Positions 28,763-37,026 of a stretch of DNA of 64,000 bases are shown here, piece after piece (position 1 is the stretch's first letter; every line of letters begins with the position of its first letter). The notes beneath the pieces are model-generated. The model was not told the DNA's origin. It ran no database searches and worked only from the letters and a program-made list of their open reading frames with translations. Origin of the DNA: Parcubacteria bacterium C7867-007. GTDB taxonomy: Bacteria > Patescibacteriota > Minisyncoccia > Phycocordibacterales > Phycocordibacteraceae. A program made the position numbers and the translations under genes. The stretch lies in the NCBI GenBank assembly GCA_001189195.1, contig LFCQ01000003.1, positions 71,059 to 135,058 of the forward strand, read 5' to 3'.

Positions 28763-30403
28763 CTATGTCGTAAGGATTGGCAGTCGAACACTAAACTCAC
28801 TTCCCATGCCAGGACCATCACTGTGTACCGCAACCGCACCACCATGCACTTCCACAAAACTCTTCACCAGTGCAAGACCAATACCAAGACCCTTCTGTGT
28901 ACGCGCTCCGCTACCCACCTGATGGAATGGAGTGAAGATGTGATCAATAGACTCAGGTGCAATGCCCACACCCTGATCCTTAATCACCACCACATATTCC
29001 TTGTTCTGCTTTGTAACAATAAGGGTTATGTGATCGCCTGAATCAGAGTACTTAGAGGCATTGGTAATAAGGTTGGAGAAGATTTGTTCGAGACGCACCG
29101 GATCACCTTCCACAAAGAGTCCTTTCTTTATGCCCTTGGTAACAAGGGTTTGGTGGCGCTCATGCGTGTGGTGCTCTGTAGAGAGGACTGCTCGAGGAAG
29201 TATTTCACCCAAATCAACCTTTTCATGTTTTATGCTGATTTTTCCTTCTGAGATACGGGAAACATCAAGAAGGTCATCAAGGTGCCTGCGTATGGTCTTC
29301 ATACGACCATCCATCATTTCTAGCGTCTCCATTTCTTCAGGATCACGATCTTTCTTTAAGCGAAGAAGATCAATAGCGCTCACCACTGGCGCGAGAGGAT
29401 TGCGTAGCTCATGCGCAAGGATAGCGATGAAGTCATTCTTGGAACGTGACTCCGTACTTATGCGAGCAACGGCATTCTCAAGCGTTGCAACCTGAGAACG
29501 CATTAGATTCGTATTCAAACGACGATCCTCTTCAAGTGCCACGATAATAAGGAAGATGATGGCGCGAGTAATGAGGAGTACCTCCATTTCAAAGAGCAGG
29601 TGCGGAAGAGCTTCTGGGCTGGCATGGGTAAGAACACTGGTGATACCGAACACAGAAGTGATCAGCAGGGCGAGGGTAATAAAGCGTGGACGTAGACGTA
29701 ACGCTATCCAGAAGAGGGGGATGGAGAGGAAGTAGCTTAGTGACACTCCACCGATTGCCGTAACACCTTCAATATAGAGTACGTAGTTGAGACCGATCAA
29801 CAGAATGAACACCGTCATCGTTTCCAGAATCTCTAAGGGTCCACGACCAAATCTACGCTTTGCACACCAACGCAGCACAAAAGGAACTCCTATGATTAGG
29901 CAGAACAGCATTGCCGCATATGCCTGCCCCCATTGAGTGAGCGTATAGAAAGTACCAGTACCTAGGTGCCAAATGGCAGTAAGGGTTGGTGTAAGGAGTG
30001 CAACAAGAAATACCGTACCAATGAGGCTAAAGACATCACGGTATCGACGAAAGAGAGGATCAACTTGTGCCTTACGAAGCAAATAAGCACCCGTGACAGA
30101 CTGCAGCGTGATAATCACAGCAGACACCGTGGCAAATACAGCATCTAATCCTGTTACAAAGCCTGAAAGCAATGCGGCTGCAAATACGAATGGCCAAAGC
30201 CGTTCGCTCATAAAGAACAGGAAGGCAAGGGAAATTGCAGCTGCGGGGGCAAAAGGTACCCATGGAGGAATCAGCAACGCTGTTCCGATACTCACCAATA
30301 CATATATAAGGAGGGTTATAGTGCCCACAGCACACTCACGAGGAGTGAACCTAAGGAGATCAGGGGCAGCTAGTATTCGCCACATAGGGTTTATCTGCTT
30401 CAT
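28763..30403 (-). CDS. MASE1-type membrane sensor histidine kinase
   Basis: Multi-TM N-terminus; LAHELRNPL H-box, NLITNASKY, DQGVG, GLGIGL. Confidence 0.93.
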   Translation of the reverse strand: MKQINPMWRILAAPDLLRFTPRECAVGTITLLIYVLVSIGTALLIPPWVPFAPAAAISLAFLFFMSERLWPFVFAAALLSGFVTGLDAVFATVSAVIITLQSVTGAYLLRKAQVDPLFRRYRDVFSLIGTVFLVALLTPTLTAIWHLGTGTFYTLTQWGQAYAAMLFCLIIGVPFVLRWCAKRRFGRGPLEILETMTVFILLIGLNYVLYIEGVTAIGGVSLSYFLSIPLFWIALRLRPRFITLALLITSVFGITSVLTHASPEALPHLLFEMEVLLITRAIIFLIIVALEEDRRLNTNLMRSQVATLENAVARISTESRSKNDFIAILAHELRNPLAPVVSAIDLLRLKKDRDPEEMETLEMMDGRMKTIRRHLDDLLDVSRISEGKISIKHEKVDLGEILPRAVLSTEHHTHERHQTLVTKGIKKGLFVEGDPVRLEQIFSNLITNASKYSDSGDHITLIVTKQNKEYVVVIKDQGVGIAPESIDHIFTPFHQVGSGARTQKGLGIGLALVKSFVEVHGGAVAVHSDGPGMGSEFSVRLPILTT

Positions 30404-30602
30404 TGTACTCCTATATATGGCTTGAACGATAGACTTATAAAACTACTATTCGGTTTGTCCACAAAAACTATTGAAGAGTGTATTCAGCAACTTGAAGCAA
30501 AAGTGAAAGCAAAGATATGCAAAGAGAAAGACCGGGTCCCTAGGGAACCCGGTCTGTACGCGGATTGTGTACTGTGTCGACAATGAAGCCGACGTTTGGC
30601 GA

Positions 30603-30869
30603 TCAGCCGCGGCCGATGGCGCCGAGGTGATCGAGGCTGATCGACCACTGGATGGTCGTCGTGGCCGGCGCCGCGCTGAGGAAGAACCAGCCGAGGTCGT
30701 CGCACGGGACCAGGGTCTCGATGGGATTGCCGTATTCGTCCGTCTCGGGGCCCCAGGTCGTGCACCATTCCCCGAAGGGACCCGGGTCGAAGACCTGGGC
30801 CGAGGCGGTCGACGTGGTGCCGAGAGCAAGGGCCGCGGCGGCGGCGGCGAGCATCATCTTCTTCTTCAT
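30603..30869 (-). CDS. Small GC-rich secreted protein
   Basis: SD TAGGAG, signal peptide MKKKMMLAAAAAALALGTTSTASA, two Cys; terminator GACCGGG..CCCGGTC at ~30530-30554. Confidence 0.75.
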   Translation of the reverse strand: MKKKMMLAAAAAALALGTTSTASAQVFDPGPFGEWCTTWGPETDEYGNPIETLVPCDDLGWFFLSAAPATTTIQWSISLDHLGAIGRG

Positions 30870-31079
30870 AGTCGCTCCTAAAAGCAAGGTTCAGTGTCCC
30901 CCTTTGGTCCACCTGAACTATATATAACATAGTATGTAAAATTGGTCAAGGGGTATGGACCACAGCACATAAATATCCTTTTACTAGGCCATACTTTTCT
31001 TATTGTAGACCTGAAAAGAAAGCCGCCCGAAGGGGTGGCGAAGAAGTTAATTCTTCGCGTCCCTTCGAGCGACCATGGA

Positions 31080-31460
31080 TCACGGTTGCAACCGCAGACT
31101 ACGCACGAACTCAACCAGAGCTGCGCGAGACACGCCGCGAGGCAGTCTCGAGTAGGCTTTGAGAAGCTCGAGAGCTCCTGGCTCAGCCAGAAGGTGGGCG
31201 ACTTCGTCGATAGCTCCGCTGTGGGCAGAGTTCTCGCCGAACATCTCAGCGACCGGCACACCCATGGTCTTTGCGATCCGGGTGAGCATCGAGGCCGAAA
31301 CACGATTTGCACCGCGTTCGTACTTCTGGATTTGCTGGAATGTGACCCCAGCAGCCTCGGCCAGCGCTTGCTGACTGAGACCCTTCACTTTGCGCAGGAG
31401 CCTGATGCGTGCGCCAACGGCGACGTCAACAGGATCTGCGTTTGAGCAATTTCTTGGCAA
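31080..31460 (-). CDS. XRE-family HTH transcriptional regulator (alphaproteobacterial type)
   Basis: [12 protein letters not shown]...GLSQQALA...[20 protein letters not shown]; TTG start with SD AAGGGGAG; promoter TTGACT-17-TACAAT (31505-31533); terminator ~31014-31040. Confidence 0.9.
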   Translation of the reverse strand: MPRNCSNADPVDVAVGARIRLLRKVKGLSQQALAEAAGVTFQQIQKYERGANRVSASMLTRIAKTMGVPVAEMFGENSAHSGAIDEVAHLLAEPGALELLKAYSRLPRGVSRAALVEFVRSLRLQP

Positions 31461-31543
31461 CTAGGTATCTCCCCTTGTACAGTGAGGCACTATCCTCAAC
31501 AAGAATTGTACACTATATATTTGATATAGTCAATATAGAGCTT

Positions 31544-31801
31544 TTAGTTAGCATCCAGTTCCTTTTGTTGCTGAGCAGAGCTTGCCTCGATAAGCTGCTT
31601 TGCATTTCTTGCCGCGTCTACTGAATTCACACTTCGTTGAGTAGGTGTGGTGTCCTTAGGAGAAGTGGGATTTGGTACAGATGGAGTAGCGGTTGGTTTA
31701 GGTGACACAATGTCTGACTGCAAGAAAATGAACCCAGCAATAGCAGCGACAATAAGAAGACTGAGGAGACCAATGTAGCCGTGAGGTTCTGTTCGATTCA
31801 T
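31544..31801 (-). CDS. Small single-TM protein, pilin-like N-terminus
   Basis: HG-YIGLLSLLIVAAIAGFIF hydrophobic segment, Pro/Thr linker, C-terminal helix. Confidence 0.65.
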   Translation of the reverse strand: MNRTEPHGYIGLLSLLIVAAIAGFIFLQSDIVSPKPTATPSVPNPTSPKDTTPTQRSVNSVDAARNAKQLIEASSAQQQKELDAN

Positions 31802-31885
31802 TTCATAATCATACCGTACAAATTACTCGGCTTGTGGCTCAGGTCAGTGCATTTAACATTGATACTACAGTTACGTCAAGAATTG

Positions 31886-31957
31886 CTCCGCGGGTAGGAT
31901 TCGAACCTACGACCAAGTCGTTAACAGCGACCTGCTCTACCACTGAGCTACCGCGGA
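31886..31957 (-). tRNA. tRNA-Asn(GTT)
   Basis: TCCGCGG acceptor, TAGCTCAGTGGTAGAGC D-arm, CT-GTT-AA anticodon loop, GGTTCGAATCC T-arm; CCA not encoded. Confidence 0.97.
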
Positions 31958-32128
31958 ATGTAGCCTCCGAAGAGGCTGCACAGTTCCCGAAGGAACTTTG
32001 GCTATTCTAGCGGAAAAACCAAATTCAGCAATCTATAGACTAGGGAACAGCGGGTGGGTGTATAAGACTTGCCATAAAATCGAGCTGTTATACTTTCTAG
32101 ACAATAACGCAGACTCTAAGAGACTATT

Positions 32129-34120
32129 ATGGCAGATGAACGATTATATGGTGCAGTGGCTGAAAAGATGTCTGCGGGCATACCTGAAGAAAACGTGCGC
32201 ACTGAACTGCATGGTAAGTGGCCTGATACAGACATTAATGGTGCACTGGCAGTATGGAAGCTAAGAAATAGTTCTTTTACTCTTTCAAAGCACGTTCCTC
32301 GCACTGAATACCATAAGCCCTTAGAAGGAAATACATTCTTTCAGTTTGCCCTTATTTTCATACTTCTCGTATCTGCTCCCGGAGCATACGGCCTTATCAC
32401 GGGAGTTGTTATTCCTGTAGCAACTAATGAGCCTATACAACAAGCATCAGTACAAGAACAGTATGACTTGCTTCGAGATGTGCCATCACTTATTCCAGTC
32501 TCTCCGCTTGGTGCAATAATTCCTAAGAAAGAACCGGCGCCTGAGCCAACTGTTGCCTATGTTCCTCCAAGCAGTACTCCTGCAAAGCCAACACCTACTC
32601 CCACACCAGTACCGGCTCCAACTCCTGTCGAAGGGACACCCCCAGCCATTTCATTCACTGCACGTTCTAAAACTATAGTGATTGGTAGTCGCGCAACCGT
32701 TGATTGGAATGCGCCTACTGCAATATCCTGCACAGGAACAGGGTTTACTACTGATAATTTCAAAAAAGGTTCTGCTCGACTAACAATTACGTCCAACATA
32801 ACGGTTAGTATTTCTTGTACCAACGCAGGAGGTACAAGTAGCCGAAGTCTAACTATTACCGCAGTACCGAAAAGTACACCCATACCGCCTGAGCCAACAC
32901 CTACTCCCACACCTGTACCTGATCCAATCCCTGTTCCAACACCCACACCAACACCTACCACAACTCCACCTGCCCCCATTCCCACACCTACTCCAACACC
33001 TACTCCAACCCCTCCGCCTGCTCCTGGCGAAGCAACAGCAGCAACCTTCGCTACAGTGTTGAAGACAGCAACTCCGGGTTCCACTATCACTATCAATCAG
33101 CCGTTCAGTTTCAATGTGGAGAACTTAAACATTCCTGCACCAGGAACAACCGTTATGTGTGGCTCAAGTGCTGCCATTAGCCCTCCACCCATGAAGTATT
33201 CAAGTTTGAATAACGTCCAAGGCGTCACATTCAAAGGGTGTAAGTTTTTGCAGAGTTTCTATGTGAATAACGCTCAAAGACTACATTTCAAGAATAATGA
33301 TTTTAGCGGTCCAGGACCACTCGAATCAGCAAAGGTTGCTCTCATTCTCAGAGTCTCCAATAATGTAACTGTTACCAACAACAAGTTCCACCACACTAAC
33401 TCGGGTATTAGTATCCAATCTACATCACACTCAATGACCATCAGTGACAATGATTTCTATGAGCTGTGGTATGACGCCATCACCGGTTCAACCAACGGAC
33501 CAATGACTATTGAGCGCAATACGTTTACCAACTTCCGTGGACCAGCACTGCACCTCGACGCCATACAGCTATATTCTGCCAACCACAGCATACCGGTTGA
33601 TCGTGTGACCGTTCGTGACAACGTATATGTTCGGGGTACTGGTACACCCGCTCAGTTCATCTTTCTAACTGATAGTGGATCAGGCTACACCAATGCTACG
33701 GTGACAGGCAACGGTGCATGGGGCGAAGGATGGTGGGGAATTGGACTGTATGGTGCATCTGATAGTCTGATCAGTAATAACTATCTTCAGGGCTCAACAG
33801 AACTGTTCCCGAGAACTCCACCTGGGCAGCAGGTCTTAATACCATGGATCAAAGCCGGTAGTCCGGGCACGAACCTTGTTATTACAGACAACCTCTTGCC
33901 AGCACCAAGTGCTGACGACTCAGGACTACGCGCTTGGCTAAGTAGTAGAGGTAATGGACGATTTCCTATCACCCTCGGGCCTGAGTATCCACACTATGCA
34001 GATGCATCGGAAACCCGAAAGCCCAGCACGTTACTTGCCTCTGTATATACAGCATCTGAATGGATCAGCACTCTTTGGAATTCAATCCTGAACCTCATCT
34101 ACTCCCTATTCAATAGATAG
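32129..34120 (+). CDS. Membrane-anchored surface protein with Pro/Thr linkers and right-handed beta-helix (pectate-lyase-like) domain
   Basis: TM near residue 75, (PT)n tracts, Ig-like spacer, repeated V/IxxNxF rungs, HLDAIQ motif. Confidence 0.8.
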   Translation: MADERLYGAVAEKMSAGIPEENVRTELHGKWPDTDINGALAVWKLRNSSFTLSKHVPRTEYHKPLEGNTFFQFALIFILLVSAPGAYGLITGVVIPVATNEPIQQASVQEQYDLLRDVPSLIPVSPLGAIIPKKEPAPEPTVAYVPPSSTPAKPTPTPTPVPAPTPVEGTPPAISFTARSKTIVIGSRATVDWNAPTAISCTGTGFTTDNFKKGSARLTITSNITVSISCTNAGGTSSRSLTITAVPKSTPIPPEPTPTPTPVPDPIPVPTPTPTPTTTPPAPIPTPTPTPTPTPPPAPGEATAATFATVLKTATPGSTITINQPFSFNVENLNIPAPGTTVMCGSSAAISPPPMKYSSLNNVQGVTFKGCKFLQSFYVNNAQRLHFKNNDFSGPGPLESAKVALILRVSNNVTVTNNKFHHTNSGISIQSTSHSMTISDNDFYELWYDAITGSTNGPMTIERNTFTNFRGPALHLDAIQLYSANHSIPVDRVTVRDNVYVRGTGTPAQFIFLTDSGSGYTNATVTGNGAWGEGWWGIGLYGASDSLISNNYLQGSTELFPRTPPGQQVLIPWIKAGSPGTNLVITDNLLPAPSADDSGLRAWLSSRGNGRFPITLGPEYPHYADASETRKPSTLLASVYTASEWISTLWNSILNLIYSLFNR

Positions 34121-34185
34121 ATGTCTTGATTGACGAGGTCTGCTTTTCGCACTACGCTGCACACGGAGCATTAGTGGAGAGAACT

Positions 34186-34590
34186 GTGGCAGACGGGGAG
34201 AAACAAGATGCCGCGCTATCAAACTCGATACAACCACTCTTTACCGAACCAGAACGCCAGTACGGGAGAATCGTGAGACTCTGTGGTACTGCGCTAACGG
34301 GGAATATATACGCACCGGCTAGTCAAGCGTGGTATGCACATCGAGCAGTGCTATCGCTGCTACCTCAGGGCATATATCGTAGTGGGGATGAGGAGCAGCG
34401 TGAAGTTATGGGCATCATGCCTAATTTCACCGTGCGTGGAGATGAGCGATACTTTGTTTTCTACTACAGCTCATCTGGCACCCTGAAGCGAAGGCTTCTG
34501 GTGGGCTCGGAGCACGGGGAGAAGTCAGGCTGGTTTAATTATCTCGCTGATCCAAAAGTACCTTGTTTTAGATTAATTGCAGAGAAATAG
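34186..34590 (+). CDS. Hypothetical protein (SD-led stand-alone gene)
   Basis: GGAG before GTG at 34186; hairpin CCGCGACCAT..ATGGTCGCGG (34591-34614) follows the stop. Confidence 0.5.
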   Translation: MADGEKQDAALSNSIQPLFTEPERQYGRIVRLCGTALTGNIYAPASQAWYAHRAVLSLLPQGIYRSGDEEQREVMGIMPNFTVRGDERYFVFYYSSSGTLKRRLLVGSEHGEKSGWFNYLADPKVPCFRLIAEK

Positions 34591-34665
34591 CCGCGACCAT
34601 CCTTATGGTCGCGGTGTTCTGTTTGATATACTAGAAACACTAGCAGCCTAATTGTTTTGTTCTTT

Positions 34666-34902
34666 ATGCTTACGTTATATGTAAAAACAGGCTGCCCGTA
34701 TTGCGCAAAGGTGCTTCGCGCAGGTGAAGAGCTTGGGATTGATTTTGATCTTAAGAATGTCTCAGACGACGGCATTGTCGAGGAATTGATTGCCCGAGGG
34801 GGCAAGGAGCAAATGCCATATCTGGTTGATGCCGAAATGAACGTTGAAATGTATGAGTCTGATGACATTATCGCGTATCTTCATCAGCGCTTCGCAATGT
34901 AA
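34666..34902 (+). CDS. Glutaredoxin-domain protein
   Basis: CPYC, GGKEQMPYLVD, MYESDDII. Confidence 0.92.
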   Translation: MLTLYVKTGCPYCAKVLRAGEELGIDFDLKNVSDDGIVEELIARGGKEQMPYLVDAEMNVEMYESDDIIAYLHQRFAM

Positions 34903-34940
34903 CAGGTAGGGTGTAGTTCTGTGAGCCTAACTTCTTTCAT

Positions 34941-35312
34941 ATGAATATATACTTCAAGAATACTCATCCTGATGTACACGCCACGGTAATTGCGCGAGCA
35001 GAGAAAAAGATTAGCGTTCTATCAAAACACCTAGACGAAGGGCAGTTTGAAGCTCAAGCGTATGTCGAGATAACAAAGGCAACCGGTTCCCATAATTCTG
35101 AAGCAGCATGGCGTACAAGTATTAATGTTGATGTGCAGGGTGAGCGATTCCACGCGGAATCCGCACAACATACCCCAGAGAAGGCAACAGACAGAGCAAT
35201 TAATGAAATACGAAGTGAGCTCCGCTCGTATCGTGAGCGTCAACGGGCAACAACGCGAAAGAGCGGAAGTTTCTGGAAAGCCCTACAACAAAGAGACATC
35301 AGGACGCAATAA
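34941..35312 (+). CDS. hpf: Ribosome hibernation factor HPF/RaiA family
   Basis: MNIYFKN..., beta-alpha-beta-beta-beta-alpha pattern, AES....EKATD.A...I..EL. Confidence 0.7.
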   Translation: MNIYFKNTHPDVHATVIARAEKKISVLSKHLDEGQFEAQAYVEITKATGSHNSEAAWRTSINVDVQGERFHAESAQHTPEKATDRAINEIRSELRSYRERQRATTRKSGSFWKALQQRDIRTQ

Positions 35313-36150
35313 ACGTCTGGTACGGCATCTCTCGTTTCCCTTCAGGGATCACGGTCTCTATAACAAAAGCATCATCAGCAAATGATGCTTTTGTTATTTT
35401 CACTCGTATCTTTATTCCATTGCGTTCGATAAAGAAATACAAACCAGGCCAGCCCTCGTATGCACAGTATTTTAAATAGTTCTCACGAGCTGGGCCATTA
35501 GGATCAATGAGACCATCTTCCTTTTCCGTCTTGCGTGTATAAGTAGCGAGGACGTGATTCTGGGGCGTTGCCGTGAGCGTACCCGCAACCCAAGAAGGGA
35601 GGGTAGAAGCAGCAGCACGCCCTCCAGTACGTGCCAATAGCTCTGAGAGCTCCATACGACCCACAGGCCACCCTGAAACATCTACACGTTCTTGTATAAG
35701 GATGGGTCCATGATCCATCTCGCTATCAAGCTGCATGATAGACACTCCCACTTCTTTCTCATCTGCAAGAATCTGTCCTTCAATGGGAGCTGCGCCTCGA
35801 TACTTCGGGAGGAGAGAGGGGTGCACATTAATGCACCCCCGTGGAGCAAGAGCTAATAGCTTCTCGCCAAGAATCTTTCCATACGCCGCAACCAGAAACA
35901 CTTCACACTCATAGGTACTCAGTTCTGCACGGAACTCCTTACCAAGTTTCTCTGGTTGCAGTACCGGAATGTTTCGTTCCTGTGCCCACACCTTCACTTC
36001 AGGTTCTGAAAGCTGCATACCGCGTCCTGCGGGACGATCAGGTGCTGTTATCACAACCACTGGCAACATACCGGCTTGTTCCATTTCCTCCAGTACCCAT
36101 ACCGCAACCATGGGGGTACCAAAGAATGCATAGCGAATATTATTCTTCAT
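35299..36150 (-). CDS. fmt: Methionyl-tRNA formyltransferase
   Basis: FFGTP, PDRPAGRG, NVHPSLLPKYRGAAP, MDHGP. Confidence 0.96.
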   Translation of the reverse strand: MKNNIRYAFFGTPMVAVWVLEEMEQAGMLPVVVITAPDRPAGRGMQLSEPEVKVWAQERNIPVLQPEKLGKEFRAELSTYECEVFLVAAYGKILGEKLLALAPRGCINVHPSLLPKYRGAAPIEGQILADEKEVGVSIMQLDSEMDHGPILIQERVDVSGWPVGRMELSELLARTGGRAAASTLPSWVAGTLTATPQNHVLATYTRKTEKEDGLIDPNGPARENYLKYCAYEGWPGLYFFIERNGIKIRVKITKASFADDAFVIETVIPEGKREMPYQTFIAS

Positions 36151-36667
36151 GATGGTGTGCATCACCTCTATGGACCTCAAACTGTTCATGCGCGTGATCA
36201 ACAAACAGAATGCCGTTTAGATGATCTATCTCGTGTTGGAACACCTGCGCAAGAATACCTCCTCCCCCTCGTTCAAAGCGTGCACCATCTGCAGTACGTG
36301 CACGTACCGTTGCACGATCATGACGAATCGTTTTGCCATAGACACCTCGTACTGAAAGACACCCTTCATCCATCTCAACCTGGCGGCGAGATGCCTTAAT
36401 AAACTCAGGATTGATGTACACCCCAAGGTGCGGAGCAGGGGACTCACCTTCCGGTGGAGTGACCAGCCTGTCGTACCGCACAATAAATATTCTCTTAGAC
36501 ACTCCGACCTGTGGTGCAGCGAGTGCAACCCCGTCTGGCTCTTTATCAAGAGCTTGGGCCATACCATCAACAATTCCCGTTAGTTCAGACGTACCAAACT
36601 CTTCTTCCGCAACGGGAAGTGCCTCTGCATCAAGTACCGGATCTCCATCTTGAACAATGGTATACAT
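36140..36667 (-). CDS. def: Peptide deformylase
   Basis: GVALAAPQVG, EGCLS, QHEIDHLNG. Confidence 0.97.
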   Translation of the reverse strand: MYTIVQDGDPVLDAEALPVAEEEFGTSELTGIVDGMAQALDKEPDGVALAAPQVGVSKRIFIVRYDRLVTPPEGESPAPHLGVYINPEFIKASRRQVEMDEGCLSVRGVYGKTIRHDRATVRARTADGARFERGGGGILAQVFQHEIDHLNGILFVDHAHEQFEVHRGDAHHHEE

Positions 36668-36695
36668 GCGGACACCATAGCATACCTAGGGGTAT

Positions 36696-37012
36696 GAAAA
36701 AGCCGTCCTCAAAGAAGACGGCGGGTGAAACAGAAAGATCAGGGGGGTGCCGCTGACCCGAGCGTACTGAGTAAATGGCATCCGTTGGGGGATAGCAAGT
36801 AAGCAGCAGGACGCAGGGTCAGCGGCACGCGTTAAAGGAGCTTGGGGAGGGGAGCGACCCTTACAACCTTCAACGAAATGGGAATCAGGGTACAGAGACG
36901 GGTGGGTCCGGAGAACTTGGGGTGCACTCTCCGGACCCCTGGAAGATCCTCTTTACGGGCGTTGGAGAGCAGAGGAGTTCCAGTCCGTCTGTCAGAACTG
37001 CGAAGTTTGACT
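36696..37012 (-). ncRNA. Candidate ~315-nt structured RNA with C-rich loops
   Basis: Minus-strand TATAGT at ~37018-37023; perfect 11-bp and 13-bp stems; terminator GCCGTCTTC-TTT-GAGGACGGC-TTTTTC; no credible ORF. Confidence 0.65.
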
Positions 37013-37026
37013 TACATACTATAGGT

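Noticed and set aside
36747-36828. SRP (4.5S) RNA
   Set aside because: The long hairpin contains AAGCAGC but lacks the CAGG..GNRA..AGCA domain IV arrangement; promoter and terminator point to a longer minus-strand RNA
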